Below, piece after piece: positions 1-15,022 of a stretch of DNA of 64,000 nt. Position 1 is the stretch's first letter. Every line of letters starts with the position of its first letter. Origin of the DNA: Raillietiella orientalis (Eukaryota); contig JAYWIR010000015.1 in NCBI GenBank assembly GCA_036172245.1, positions 558,001-622,000 on the forward strand, written 5' to 3'. The notes beneath the pieces were generated by a model. That model did no database searches. It was not told the DNA's origin and saw nothing but the letters and a program-made list of their open reading frames with translations. The position numbers and the translations under genes were made by a program.

Positions 1-3000
1 TACTAATGCAATATTACTATTCTCAATGGAAAAGATGAAGGGAGCTGCTACCCTTTGAGTAAATTGCACATAAGATCATGAAAGTCATTAATTTTTAAAG
101 ACCCTCGTGAGACTCTGCATTAAGACAGTCAAGTTACTTTGTCATAAAGTTTTGTACAATAAACAGCTTTAGAGACATTTAACAGAATAATTTTACTCAC
201 TTCAAGTGCTATGAATTACATGAATGGTGAGATTACACCAGTGAATTACATTTAATACTTTTAACAGTTGATAACATGAAAAACAACTGACACTGAACTT
301 TAATTCCAATAGGTATCCTTGCATGTTTTCAAATCAACCTGTACTTTCATGTCATTACTTAACTAGTATATAAGTCAAGACAACTGTTTTAAAAACTTCC
401 CAGAAAAAAGACTGGTAAAATACAGGAAATCCATCTCATTACCCATTTCTGTGTGTAGTAAGTCAAGCATGTCAAACATCAATATTAGCATTCTAGCCTT
501 TTAAACCAATAAAGTTTTCATTATTTCTTGGAAAACGCCAAAATCTAACAGCCAATTCAAACAAAACACTCGACAATTTTTTTTAATGCATTGCAAAAAT
601 AAACAAATGATCAGATCGTTCAATTTGTTTGCATACTCCATTACTGTTTGTAAATTCAAGAATGCTATAGGCAAACTTTTATTCAGCAATATCATTTTCT
701 TACCATTCTGCTATGGCATTATATAGCACAGAATCCAGGACATTGAACCTGAAAACATCAGAGATCATGAAGCAAGTACAATATAATAAATTAGCTTACA
801 ATTTAATAGTAAATAATAAAACAATGTTAGATACTTTTGAGGACATGAAAATTTTGAAAAATATACAACACCAATACTTACTTTGTAATTCCATCAAATG
901 ATGCTCCTTGGCATTCCACACCACTGTCTGTATTTTGCCCTTTCTAGCAATTCAAGAAAATAAGAATGGAGAAACAATTTACTGACCATAATGAGAAGAG
1001 ATGCTGGCTCCAGGGAGCTGAGAACTTCAACTATCTAAAGAAAATACACATTAGACTATTAGCACTTATTAAGCTGACTGCTTACTGCTACAGACAAGTT
1101 TTTAAAGGAAACAAAGAACATGAGATTTCCCCCTAGAAGTTAATTACTTTAAAATAAACTCTACAATTCTCGGTAAATGTCTGTAGAACTACATGGCTGC
1201 TATCTTTGTTTTGATTCCATGAATAATACTAAACAGCTTATCTCATGATGCACTAGATGTATAAATATAAACAGCTGAATCTGCACTCAAAACAATGATT
1301 CCCTAAAGCCATAAAAGTCTAAGACGTGAAACTTTAAAAATACACACACAAAAAAAATACCCTAAAAAACAGTACAGACACTGAAACCAAAATACCAGAA
1401 AAATAAAGTTTTCCCGCAGAATTTGTTTTAAACTTCTGATCATATTCCTGAGATTAGTACCATTATCTTTGATTTTCTCAAACATATGTGCTTTTACAGT
1501 TTCCGGGAATCTGTTTCCTGTATTTTAAAATAATTCTTTCCCACTCCATTTCATATTCATTAGAACATATGAGATATACACTTTCCTGATGAACAAATTA
1601 TCAATCGTTCCTGAAACCAGTCAATTGCTTTGCCAAAAATAAGCAAATAACCATCACAAGTCAAACTGATAAAAGATGAGCTCTAACTATAATGGTTTTA
1701 ATACTTCATTCATTTAACTATCTTTAACAGTGAATTTTTTTGCCTTTTATTACTGGTTTATTATTACTAGTTACCAAGCTTTTCGTATTTCAATTTTTCC
1801 ATCAGTTTAGTTAATACTTCTGTAATATATTACAACTTGCTAGCAAACCAAATTTCCCAGATTTTTAAAAATTTGAAATGGAATATACTTTACATGCATA
1901 CATGATGCATGTCAGTTAGCATATTGCTCATTTTCGAACTTCATCTTCAATTTTTCAAATTTCTTGTTTATTAATGCTATTTTTTGAAAAGGGAATCAAA
2001 ATGATTTCACATCCAGAAAGTGATCTGGATTGACTTTCAGCAATCTTCATATAGTAGCAGCTATACCATACAGATAACTGCATTTTAAGTCATGATTCGA
2101 AATGACTTGAAATGCATAATTTCTGATGTACTAAATTCAAAATCGCTGCAGGTCAAGAATGCTGATTACAAAAGGGTGACTGTGATATGAAAACAGCTTT
2201 TGGCAGGACTTCCTCGGTATTTTTTTATTTAAACCTAAATTAACTCAGCTCAAGCTTCTTCCTTTATGTTTTTGTCCTCACTTGATACTGACATATGCTT
2301 CTACAGATTCAAATAAAGACAAACTATTATGCAGCATACATACACATTTTTCCCACGATTTTCAATTAATTCAGCTTAAAAACAACAATTTCATGAGCAT
2401 CATTTTGAATTTCAGCATCACAACTCTCAGTAAAATTCATATATTTTTTAAAGCTTATACTACAAACAAACGATAAAAATTACTTCAATGAAATGCCTCT
2501 TTGCATGTCACTTCATCCTATATCCATACTTTGCCAATTCTGAACATTGTTCGGTTAATGCTGCCGTCAATTTGATTTCAACTTTAAAATGCAAACTGCA
2601 CATAGATTTCACTAGGTTTTTTTGTTTTGAAAACTTATTTAAACTGTTGTTACAACATATGAATTCCTTTTTACAGACTGCAGATTACATTTGTAAATAC
2701 ATCACAACAATATGCCAGCATCCTGAAATCTTTTTCCCCAACAACAATATGGTGTTACCAGCATGCAACAAATGTCAGAGTAATGCTATCCATAAACCTT
2801 ACATCCCCTTCAGCATTTTGAATTTCAAAAAAGCAAATGCTTGTGTAAATCTCTATGTTGAACAATGTCTCTAGGAGGAACACTAATACATAAGCCACTG
2901 AATCATGCATGTAAACAGCAATTCTCAGCACGCATATCATAAAAGGATGCCTACTGTTAATGCAAGCTTTAACAAAATTTCAGTATAAGCACTAAAAGCA

Positions 3001-4014
3001 GATATGTTCAAAAAAATGGCTGCATTGAATCGTTTACTTTATTATTGGCAGGTATGTAAGATATGAGGAAATGAAAAGATTTTCAGTAATACAAGGCAGA
3101 ACTTCTTTGTGAAAAATACAGAAAGAAAAGAAAAAAAAGGACGATGTATCTACTTGATCCTTCTCCTCACTAAGCTGCTCCAGAGTGCAAAAAAAACAAC
3201 AACTTGCAAATCAATACATCCGAATGAACATTCATGTACTTTGGAAATCTAAGCTAAAACTTCTAAGCAAAGAAACTTTATTGCTTAAAGTGAATTTGAC
3301 TCAAAAAACAGTAACTACCAAATGAGCGAAAATTTGACTATGAGTTTTTTTTTTACAAGCACAACTGCAGGTATTACATCATCATATGAGCTCTTCAAAT
3401 GAAATGAACAATTTTTCCTACTTTTCAGCTAAATTGCATTTCAAGATTCTCTCAATATCTTTAATGCCATTTCTGTTAGCAGGCACCTATCTCATTTATC
3501 AGCAAATCCTGTTTCATATTGCTACTCCATGCAGCTTTTCCTTAATTCACGATCATAAACTAGCATTGAAATTCTCATTTCAGATGCTTGTTTTACGTTA
3601 CTTTACAGGATTCCTTTCTTTTGCAATAGTTACCTATGCACAACGTATTTATTATATGCTTGTAATGTTTTATGTCACTTAAGAGAGGCAAAGGAAGACT
3701 TTTGTTCTGATGTGGATGGATGGCCAACCTAATCACATCCAAATATAATTCAGTGCATAATTCCTCAAAGACTTTATCAGATGTAAATGTGTATTAAATC
3801 TTGCATGTGAAAAACAAGCATGTGAACTTCTGAATATGAACATTCAGTCAAAAACCAAAAATGAGTGCTCACAATTAATGAGCACTGCAAAGAAAACTTA
3901 CAATTCAAATACAACATATCTGAAGAAAATGAAATATTTTACAATAGATTCAAATTGCTTATTATTAGAACAAAAACGGAACACTTACAATATAACATTC
4001 AGTAAATTATTCAC

Positions 4015-4622
4015 CTGATCATTGTAATACACTTTATGTACTCCATATTTTTCGGCAACCTTTTCTGGTGTTGGAATTTCCCCTAACCAAACTACATATG
4101 ATTCTGGAAGTCTGGGCATAAACAAAATAGTATACAAATCTGATACTCTAATGGCTCCAAAATAATCTGGTTCTTCTACACCAAAGGTCCAATGAAAGAA
4201 GGATTCCTGAAAGCATGCTTTTCTCAGAAAAGTTTCATCAGCTGACTATTGAATCAGAAGTATCAACACAATAAGACTTCATACTTGTCGAAATACAGGT
4301 TCCACATCAGTACAATACCTATGGAAGGAATTTCCACCTTGAAGCAGTATCAATGAAGAATCAACGTTATTATTTTTTTTTAATTTCTCTGCAAGTCTTT
4401 GCCTATTTAGCAAATGCAGTTCTCTTGAAACAGACAGTGTATTACTGCCCATTGAAAATGGAATACCTTTTCCACACCTAAAATTAAACACACTGAATTT
4501 CACAAAAGAATTACAAAAAAATTGGTTCAATACGTGAACTGTTCTAAGATATACTTTATATTTCCGTATTTAAAGAGACGAATTTTAAAAACGTACCTAT
4601 TTGTATCTGCGAATACCATCAT
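4015..4622 (-). CDS. PEPD: Xaa-Pro dipeptidase (prolidase), 5' exons only: 4622-4597, 4477-4285, 4206-4015; the rest was not found and probably lies left of the window
   Basis: Spliced translation MMVFADTNRCGKGIPFSMGSNTLSVSRELHLLNRQRL...LLQGG...YCTDVEPVFRQ|ESFFHWTFGVEEPDYFGAI...LFMPRLPESYVVWLGEI matches the prolidase N-terminal domain. Junctions are GT-AG and keep frame. Confidence 0.92.
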
Positions 4623-5569
4623 GCCGGGGGCTCGGGCTTCAAGCTATATCCAAACTGTAAATACATGAAAGAAAATATAAAATTGTGTGTGCATTTGTAA
4701 ACAACCCACACGCGGAAACAATTTTGAAGTTGCACCACGCACAAAAAAAATCATACTGCCTTGATATTACGACGTACTTTTATAAAGATCGGATTTGGTA
4801 AAAACCAAAGCAAAACCGACTTGAATGCAAATATTCAAACCATAAGTTTTCGATGAAAAGTTACATACTCGCAACTCCTTAGCTTGGATGAATACCCACG
4901 AACAAAAGCATTCGTTATTCATTACACGTACGCTAATTCGCCTTATCTCCACTATCTCAATTTTCCAGTGTCCACTGGTATCTGAGTTTTGGAAATTATC
5001 ACAGAATGAGATAGTGAACGGTGTTTCTGTGAGCTTTCGGGAAGTTACGCGGAACACGGAGAACACAAACGCAGAGCCTGACCCCTGAATCGTTACTTAC
5101 TGCAAATCTTCAAATTTTCCTCTGGGCACAGACTCAGCTGGTTGCCATGTCAACGGCATTGTTCGACGAGGAAACGGGATCGCTCGCGCCCACGACGGGG
5201 CGGCATCTGGGACGCTGCTCAGTTCATGATGAATCTTCTCACAAACTCTTCTCTTACTACTACTCAAATGGGCAGTAGTTCTCCGAAACTCATTGTAATA
5301 CTACTCACACGAGCAATAGGTTTTCTGAAGCATATTCCGGGCCTTTTTTGGGGGCAGAATACCAACACGTGTCCTACTCGGCAATGCGCTCGGATGAAAA
5401 TTATTGTTATTTTTTGGTCTTCTGAAGTTGTCGACTGTTTAGCATACAAAGCTGTACACGAAGAGCATTTAATCAAGAAGTAAAAATCTTTCGATAACGG
5501 CAAAAGTCCACGTCTAAGTTTCATCATCAAAATATTGCCTCTGTTGCAAACTTTCTTCTTTTAGCTCGT

Positions 5570-5871
5570 TTATCACCTGGATGTGCCGGGGCATTTATTA
5601 TTCGAATTCGTTACAAAATTTTGTAATAAAGTCAATAGAAAGTTTGTACACTTGGTCCTACCACGCTCGAAGACTTATCATGAACCGGTACTAAGACCGG
5701 TGAGGTCCTCTCCGGAGAAGGGGAAGGGGAAACCCAAACAAAAATAAACAAAAAGAAGGACAAAGGGGAGGAGAATGGTTTTTTGGGGGAGGGGAGGGCA
5801 GGGAATGGATCACTGTACGCCTGGATCGGTCCTCTGCATCCTGTCCAGGATGCTGACGAGTTCTGCTTTCG
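5570..5871 (-). mobile_element. 5'-truncated L1/Tx1-like LINE 3' end (ORF2 C-terminus, 3'UTR, terminal hairpin)
   Basis: Minus strand encodes ELVSILDRMQRTDPGVQ*, then a pyrimidine-rich UTR, then AATAAATGCCCCGGCACATCCAGGTG. TSD TAGCTCGT at 5562-5569 and 5872-5879. Confidence 0.8.
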
Positions 5872-6067
5872 TAGCTCGTACGACCCTTTAGGAATTAGAT
5901 TTTCTGGATTCTCGCTAAATTCTAACGTAAGCTTGCACCTATGTTCATGGAAGTTATCATATTAACATCGAGTCATGCTAGTGTTCAGTGTTATCTTGAA
6001 GGTTTCCAGTAAATCAAACTCACGGATTAGTCACGATACGATTTTTCGATGTGAAAAATTCCACGTC

Positions 6068-6993
6068 TTAACCCTTTCGCTCCAAGCGTTTGACACGACC
6101 GACCAGCAACTCGGCTGCACACTTTCGCAATCGGAAATTCGAAAACAAACTTTGCTTTGCTTTGATACGGAGAAAAAAAAAAAATTATAAACGTTCATTC
6201 GTCAATTGTTTTGCTGCGATGGTCCTTTTCGCAAAGCTCTTGGTTTCTTCTTCGATGATCCCCATTGACAAGCTCTTCTGTGAAAAATAACTAGAAACAT
6301 TCTATTGGTTCCACAATGTTAGATGCAATCTGTGGTCCAGTGACCCTGGGAAGTACTGTAAAATTAATCCTTTTTGGAACCCTTTTGCTATCCGTTCTAT
6401 CGACCCCCATTCATTTTCTTCGCCGAAAGAATTTTCACTCTTAATAATTCCGATTCTTCGTCGGCTTTTCACAATAATTTCGTTATCCCCAGAACGAATT
6501 CCAGAATCATCATCGCTTGCACTTTCTTCAGGTGCTACATCAGGGAAATTGTCATCAACTGGGTATAAATGAAGTTCTTCACTTTCACTCAGTTTCACAA
6601 TTTTCATAATCCCTTTCCTCTTTATCCACCTTTAGCAAATTGCTTTGAGACTGACTAATGGAAATTTGAGAGCAACTTTCATAGAAAAGTGGAGGTCCTG
6701 TTCGAAAACAAACTTTAAGCAATCATGGTGGACAACTGTGTAATGTTTGCAGAGCAGTGGTCTGTGACGGGAAACTGTGAACGGCCATGGCACTTGTTTG
6801 CACTCACTTTGCATGCCGACGAATGGGTTGCACATTTTTTGTCTGCAATGTAAAGAATACATATCTCTGGCCCCCCATTTTAACGCATTAACAATGAATG
6901 CATTAGAATGCATGTCCCCTCAGCGGAGCCAGTGGATCTGTGGTGCCATTTTGAATGTCTCCTCAGAGGAGCCAGTGGAGGGCTGTGGGTTAA
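6068..6993 (-). mobile_element. Internally deleted, degenerate piggyBac-like DNA transposon
   Basis: TTAA-CCCTTTCG at 6068 and a possible GGG-TTAA other end at 6987-6993 (weak TIR match). Minus strand has an acidic N-terminal ORF (6607-6302), then broken CF*LFFTEELVNG/IIEEETKSFA resembling the piggyBac F.LFFTDE...IVEETN.YA motif, then FRLRKCAAELL resembling the C-terminal FRL...AEEL motif. Confidence 0.6.
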
Positions 6994-9160
6994 AGCTATG
7001 TGCACCAAATTGGCAAAGTTTTTGTTTCGTAAATCTGCGGAGTTCCATGACTTGTGCTACAGAAAGCAAGCCAGCATGTTCCTTCTGCATACAAAACTTT
7101 GTTTTTCGGGTCTCTCCTTCAAGATAGCTATTTCCGCTTTCAGATGAATAGAAACCTTGCAGATTTTTGCAGCCATTCAAAAAAGTGAAACTTTTCGACA
7201 CGTACAACTTACTCTTTAGCTTTTCGTTGCTACAAGTGCAACAAATCCTAATCATTTAAGTCCTCTCTACTTTCACAGGGAATTATTCTACGTAGGTCAA
7301 CCCAACTGGCCTAGGTAATGGAAACTGTTCCTACATTATAATGAATCCTATGTTCCCTTGGTCTCTACCTGTCCAAATTTTAGAATCCCTCACATATGTG
7401 TCGCGATTTCGCTCTACGAATCTGACTACTCAATTTCCTGAGGCAGTTTTTCGATCTACGTAACTACAGTCCTTATGATCATGCAGTGCGGTCCAACATT
7501 TTACTTTATTTCCTGATAGGTTAGAAGGAAGGCTGCTGCAAATATATAAAACTGTAGACAGGGGATAAATTGCTGACCCATAAATTGAGAAAGAGCTGTG
7601 TCGAATGACCAAAATTAGCTGATAGTATGGATAGTCTAGTAAATAGAAGATCCCAGGAATATTCTGTCAAACATGACAACACGTACGCCATTCACCATGC
7701 CTCATTTTAGCTATATTTTGGTTTCACAGCAAACTCAAACCGAATTTTCATTAAAGTTTGTGTTCGTATACATCTTTCAGGACATTGATGCATCTAAATT
7801 TTGCAAGAACACTCATTGAGCTTAATTGATCTGGAGTGGAGAGTGTTTTAGCGCAGTTGATGTCTTCGCACATCTACCTCGTTTCAACGAGACATTAATT
7901 GCGGAATATACGTATTTATTCAATGATAACTTTCAAAGACAAAGATTATTTCTGATTGTTTTTTTATAGGGATTGGGGGCTCACCTGACTTGAATGTTAT
8001 GCAGGCTGGTGTGTTTCCCAAAAAAGTTCACCCCAACGTTTGGACCAATCACATCTAGTTTTCGGTCTTTCTATTCTTGAACTCTAGTCATAGTGAGTTT
8101 CCAAACGAAGTTGAGTCCGTAAGAAATACTCATAGTACCAACAGCATATTAAGTTCACTTTGACCCACAATTCAGTTTTTTTGGTTTCTTCAAGTCGCCT
8201 CCGGGATAGGTTTTGCTCGACCTATTCTCGCAGTTGCGTGCTGGATAGGAGACCAGCGCCTGCTCAATCCATCTGATCCTTTTTATTTTTTTCCTCTTTA
8301 AAGCTGAGGGCTAATGCTTGGTATTATTAAATTTTGACTGACATTGGTTTTTCTTGATATGGATAACGATATAACAGTGTACTTCACCAACAGCTCCACC
8401 ATTGATGCCTAGCAGTAAACTGCACCAACCTGTTGGACAGTGATCGTTTTGCAAGTACGTGTTTTAACAATTAACAAGTTTTTCGTTTTTTTTCATGCAT
8501 TCATGGGTCATGGGCCAAGCCATTTCAGCAAAAACGACTTCAAAAAATGAAGGAAATTGGAATGTGTGTTTTTGCAATGAAAGAAAGTAGAAGTCTTGAT
8601 TCTTCACCTTCACTTTCCTCATGAGATCACAAGCATGTGTAGACACGTAAGGTTGTACCTTACATATCTACACAATACTTTTAAAACAGCACAATCAATT
8701 TTTATGCTAAAAAGAAACATGACCAACACACAGGAAGGGACTACAAGATTGCATCATGCTTTCCTTTTGGCTATGCAGAAAGTAAGGTTTGCACATCACT
8801 TCCATATATGAAGCGAAGCATGAAAGAATTTCACGATGCTTGTGCATGCAAGCACCAAAATTATGCAAGATGATAATTAATTTTTAGATTTTGATTGCTG
8901 CAGTAAAAAAGCCTAAAAACAATTTTTACTAATTAAACATCCCTTCAGTAAAACTATGTACCACAGTTATCATTTCAGATCTTTGCTACTACTTCTACAG
9001 CCTCCTTTCAGCACATCAACATTTACAGATTCATAATGAAAAATCGAGCAAGCAATAATGAATAGTGGAAAAAAAATAAAACAAAACAAAACATGAAATA
9101 CATAAACATCTTTTATGTTGTATTTGGAGAGACCACAGAAGATATACGCATAGGACAAGC

Positions 9161-9779
9161 TTAAACAGTAAATTTGTCAGTAAGTGTTCTGATTATGCTT
9201 CCAAGTCCTCCAATTGCAAATGCTTTTTCATGCCATGTTAAAAGAAGATTGCTTTTTTTTTCTGAATGAAATTCAAATCCACGATATATATACTTTACAA
9301 GCACATCAATCTGTTCTATATTTAATGCATTCACAGCCTCCTCAATCTGAGATGATTTAAAAGAGGTCAGGACTCTTAACACTAAATGCAAAGCACCTTC
9401 CTGTAAGAAAGACAATACATTCATGAATTACAAAAGAATTATTACTTTGACTTCCCGACACTGACTCTGCAGAGGAGCTGCATCTAAAAGAATTTTTAAA
9501 GCTTCTATGTTCTTCCCTCTAAAATTAAGATATACATAAATATTCATTTATCATGCAATCAATACAAAAATATGTGTAACTGCGCATTATAACGCACTTG
9601 TGGACATTTAAACTTTACAGAATGACAGAGAAACTTTACTTATTCATAAGAAGATTGATTTCATTCTCATCTACTTTCTCATATAAATTGGCATCTGTAT
9701 TGTCTTCTGTATAGTTATTTTCACTATAGAGATCTATGTCAATTTTTCTAAATGCTGAATATCTAGTGTTTACTGCCAT
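9161..9779 (-). CDS. ARPC5: Actin-related protein 2/3 complex subunit 5 (p16-Arc); exons 9779-9640, 9518-9446, 9400-9161
   Basis: MAVNTRYSAFRKIDIDLYSENNY...GKNIEALKILLDAAPL...ALHLVLRVLTSFKSSQIEEAV..L...DVLVKYIYRGFE...LLLTWHEKAFAIGGLGSIIRTLTDKFTV, with canonical GT-AG introns. Confidence 0.97.
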
Positions 9780-12700
9780 CTATTTAGCAATCAATTTTTA
9801 GAACAAGCATGCTATCAAATAATTTTAAAACAGAACTGTTTCAAGACAAAGAAATGATACGAAAATGATAAGAAACTTCCTGGAATGTCAACAATCATGT
9901 TTGAGTAACATTATAATTTTAAAAACTGTTCATGTTACACACATAATGTCAGTATTCTGATAATACAGTTGTCAGGATTTGGCATTTTCATATTTATTTG
10001 TTAAAAAACTTCCCAAGTTTAGCATTGCTTTTAAGAATCACATTTCATACATGCATGTTGAAGCAATACACATTCAGATGGTATTGTGCGTACCATTAAA
10101 ATCCAAAGTCAACAACTTTGGGTTTTTAATAATTATAATAATTATAGTGCATTTCTGTATTTCACATAATGAAACAATACATCTAAAAATACAAATTTAT
10201 CGCATTACCACGACTCTTTGGTCAATACATACAAATGGTCATTTTCATTTCATTCAACAGTGGCTGTACAATTCTACGTCACTAATTCTACGTTAACTAG
10301 TACAGTAAGAAATTGGCATGTGCCATGTAAAACACTTTACAAAACCACCACGGCTTTCAGATGCAACATATGTACAGGTCTCACGAAGCAGGGAACGGAA
10401 CATGCTGGCAATGATCACGAAAGTGCTTTTAAATAAAATCATGCCATCGACATACGATAAGAAACGATCAGATTTCAACTTTTCGACAGGAAACACCGTT
10501 TTCACGGCAAGCTACACATAGCGTTGGCAGAGTTTTAATCGACAACCCCTTTACTCGCCAGCAAAACGGCGCCGGAGCTGCACAACACGCAAGGCACGCA
10601 CCGTCACGTGTCTATGGAAACAGTGTGCATGTGTATACCAACACAAGTACAAGTGTAGAGTATGCTATGAAAGTGAGGAAAGAACTGCATATTGGTGTTT
10701 TTACGAACGACTACTGCTGCTGGAACGCTTCGTTCTCGTTTACCGCGGGGACGGCTGGGACCGTGCACCAGACGCGTGTAAGTGGTGGTAATGGTGTAGC
10801 TTTTATTCTACGAATCTTGCAGCCTCAGCTTGCCGGCCGATGCACTTCCGTGATCACAAGCATATGAGAGTTTCGATGTCTTTCTGAGTCATTGCCGCAT
10901 CTGCGCCTCACGCGTGATTGTAAAGTATTCACCGTTCATGTCGAGCTGCTTTGCAATTTCCAAAAGAGGTAAAACGGCTTTCCGCTTTCTATTGCTTCTG
11001 GTCCAGGGTGTGTCCAGCGGAGAACGCTCGTTCCCATGGCAGTGACGGTTCACCCTGGCAGCTTCACTTTCAACAAAAATCTTCGGTCTCCAAAACTACG
11101 TGCTCCTGCATGCGCGCATTTATCTGCATAGAACGTAGTGATGAAACACTTTGTATTTCAGGTGAAAGAGCAGTTCGATTTCTATCCTTATAACTTGACA
11201 AAGAAAACATTGAAGAAGTATGCAGCAAAATTTGGCAGAAACCAATCCAAATTGAAGTTTCAGTGGAGAAAAAAAAAATCACACTATGACTTCCTCGTAC
11301 ATAGTGCTTTTTCTTCATCAGAAAAAAATCAGGAAATCATTTATGCTGTCAGAAACGAAGATTGAGATCGCAGCACTACTCCAAAACAGCACCAAGCACC
11401 GCGAAAGCAAATACAAACTCAGATCCATCACAATACCATAAATCCTTTATGCAGTGATCTGATGATAAATATCCAGGTCAAGGTTCGTATTTGCCGTGCT
11501 CGTTTTTAAACCTGACTTTGAAAGTACTGAGAAAATGAGTTAACGGATGGTGTGAAAATCAATGACCGACTCCAGGATAATAAGAAAGCTACTGTGCCCC
11601 CCCTCCCCCTCCCCCTTCCAATTAAGTAAACAGGAAAACGAAACCAAATCGAAGCAGTGAATGATAAAACACGAAAAACCTGCACCAACTTTAACTAGAA
11701 ATATGGAAACGCGAGAAAATTTCAATGCTGGAGAGTCTCATGGATTAGTCAAAAGGTATGGCTTAATGACGATAGGAAGCAGGATTGACTTAGTTCAGTA
11801 TAGTGATTCCAAACGATAATCTCGCCTCCACGTTGAGTAGTAAATCAAAGAATTCTATCCGCCACCAGTCTATAGAAAATTCAATAATACTAGCAATTTT
11901 CGATTCGAATGAATTCGTACCCTACCGAGGTGATGTTCTCAACATTCCTTCTTCATTAAATACGAATAAGAATAGGCAAGAGATTTTCGTGATGCATTTC
12001 TTCTCCGTCTGATGATGCTTTTTTTCTTTTTTTAGTTAGGGAGTTTCTATGTTCCTAGAAGGTATTGGCAGCAAAGGACTGGTAACGTAACAGGCTGAAT
12101 TTTGTTAATACTATGCAATTTTCACCTACTATCACTTCTGCCATTTTCTCATTTCGTTCGTGCGGTTTTCAATTTTTTGCAGGTGAGGTGTGGTAATATT
12201 GCCTGCATGTAAAAAAAAAAAAAAAAAAAAAAAAAGATACTTTCTTTGCAATTTATTCTTGTTATCAATATGGAGATCTTCGTTGCTGTAGCTAGTGTGC
12301 ATCCCGATGAGAGTGCCCGTTTTCTGTCGTCGTTAGAACTGTTTTTCCGATATGCTCATCCACTTATAGTGCTTCCATTTCTAGTGAGAAGCTGCTGGTA
12401 TTCCTACGATTACTATCAAAACATCTTTTTCTCGGCTCAGAAGCTTGCACAAAATCTGATCGCAGAGAATAACGGAAAACGTCATACATGCGAATCGAAA
12501 TGAACTTGGTTGCATTTCTCATTTGTGAAATGTTTACCGATCCAGAGTTTCGAAACGCCACATGAGCACAGCAAGTGGAAAGCACAAAGTACAAGATGTG
12601 TCGTGGGGATACCAACAACATTAAATGATGTTTTTTTTTTTTTTTTTTTTTTTTCGCGTACACGATATTCCTCCAGAGCGCAGATATTACGGAAAGAAAC

Positions 12701-14977
12701 CTGCACGAGAGAAAACATGACAAGGAAAATGTATCACATCAACATTAAGATCCAAAGCTGAGAATCTGAGGATTAAATGACAGGACAAAGACATACTTAG
12801 GCTAAGGAAGGCAATGTGCGTTTGCCTTCATCATCGAAGATCTCATAGAGAATTCAAAATCATCGTGATGCTCTCTGCCTTTGTCTATAAAGAAAAAAGT
12901 TAGAGAGAGAGCACTCAGGATCCTAGATAGGATCAGCAAAAAACGTAATCATTGGGGAGTAGAATGTTAAAGGACAAGATCTTGTGTCGCGTCACGGAAT
13001 CCTTATGAAGCTGCTTGGCGAGTGTTAATTCTCGTCATGGGCAAACAGAGGGCAGAAGAGTTTGAGATAACTGAAAGATGATGGGAATTTACTAGAAAGT
13101 CTTGCAGCAATAGGAAGCATTCAGTGTACTCATTCGAAGAACTCTTCACCCCATAGTTGTTGTTTTTGAGAAAGCATGTGTTGAGCACGAGTTATCGCAG
13201 GAAAGATCTATCTAGGAAAGATCGTTCATTTTAAAGTGAGACCACAAAATTATAGTTCACATGTACATTATTTGAATATTACTGTCTTATGTTGGGAAAA
13301 TAATGATTCAAAGTCAAGCACGGAAGTGGCTCACAATATCCCTAAAATTGAACACTTTGCTGATCAAAAAACACGCATTTGTGACTAATAAAAGTGGAAT
13401 GAAAAATCTGAAAGTCACTCGTGACTACTTCAGCTGAGACTGCGCAGGTCTTCTCATTTTATAGTCCCAATTATTTATTTGAAAAATAAGTTGCAAAACG
13501 CTAAGAGCATTATTACAATGAAATGACATTTTCTCACTTTTCGAATTTCTGTCTCTGTCGATTCTGAAAGATACGTTTTTCAGCAACTTTCGCATTCAAT
13601 TTATTCTCACTGAAATGAGACGGCATGCTGAGTTTTAAGAGGTGCATTTTGAAGAAAGCATCAGCGTCATCCTTGATAATTTCACATTCAGAGATATATG
13701 TTAAATACAGAGCATTATCTAGCTGGAAACATTAACGGAATCGAACATTATTTTCAAGATCAGGACGCTGATTCACTTTCTTCCTCACTTCGTCTTTGCT
13801 CCTTCCTCTATCTTTACTTCTTCAAAACAAGAAGCCTCGCCACTTTTTTTTTTTTTTAAAAGCCTCTCGATTTTGAAAATTCTCCTTTCAAGAGAAGGTA
13901 TATACGAAACACATTTGCAATTGCATTTTTTCCGCTGCAGTATTCTCTGACGAATCCTCCTTTTATACCACCCTCACAGCTCAGTAATAGTAAAGTCGAG
14001 TTGCATACAGCATCCCGGATAAATCTTCATACTCTGTTGTCACGCATCCATTACAAAGTTTCCTGAGATTCCGAGCAGGGGAAATCAGGCGAGAGACTAC
14101 ACGGGAATCGGGTAAAAGGGAAAAAGAAAAAAAAGCGCGGATCCTGTTGTGAGAAAATAGAGCTGACTGTGCAGCATTCAGTTGCTACTTCTAATGGCGG
14201 TGATCCACGCGCGACATCACATGCGGCACAGTCATACACCAACCACTCCATGTTGTTTCCTATTTCGATCACGGTGAACAGGCAATGGACCCGGTGTCCA
14301 AATTTCTCCATCCTGCCAGTGGATCCGATCCCCCGCACTTGGTCTGTGTGGACCGCCTGCTCAGGGAGCAGCTTCCGGGTTTCGACCACAGCAAGCCACG
14401 AGCCAGAGCGGCAAGCAAGAGGAGACACTGCGTCTTGAATGCTCCAGGGCAGTTTGGGGATTCCAGGATGTTTCGGGTGCGTCTGGGTTCTGGTTTCTCA
14501 GGTGTTCCCGCATCATAACGATGTATAGGAGGAACGTGTAAACATTAGTCTCCTCAGGCTCGTAAACTTATTTATTTCCGTTGTCTGTCGGGAAATCCTG
14601 CTGGTGAATTACAGAGCGTGGTTTGTCGATCCTACGACACAGAGGTGTTCTCCTCCATTCCGTGAACACTCTGCTCTTCGTTTGCTCGTTGCCATTCTGC
14701 ACCCACGAAGTTTCAGACCACGTGGACGATTAGGAGGACGGAAGGGACTCGGAGTGGTTTTGTTTTCATGTTTCCTTTCTGGCTGCGTCAGATCAAAAAA
14801 TACGATTCAGATACAACATAAGATTAAGATCAGATTGTAATACACATCTTTTTTTGCTTGAAAAAAAAAAAAAAAGACATTACACAAGACCGGTTAAAAA
14901 AAGGGCAAGTTTACAGTTTCATCGAGCGCACTATTTTGCATTCTAAACATTCCTTTTCTAAAATTACAAATCTATCC

Positions 14978-15013
14978 AAGAAGCTGCTGGTATTGGAATA
15001 CCAGCAGCTTCTT
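14978..15013. repeat. Perfect palindrome with 17-bp arms and a 2-nt spacer
   Basis: AAGAAGCTGCTGGTATT-GG-AATACCAGCAGCTTCTT. Confidence 0.95.
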
Positions 15014-15022
15014 ACTGGAAAT

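Noticed and set aside
5141..5154. RFX X-box-like GTTGCCATGTCAAC
   Set aside because: One mismatch in the right half-site and not near the ciliary gene; no convincing X-box was found upstream of IFT74.
14060..14450. Minus-strand CLLLLAALARGLLW resembling a LINE ORF2 C-terminal helix
   Set aside because: No zinc finger, family hairpin or TSD to support it.
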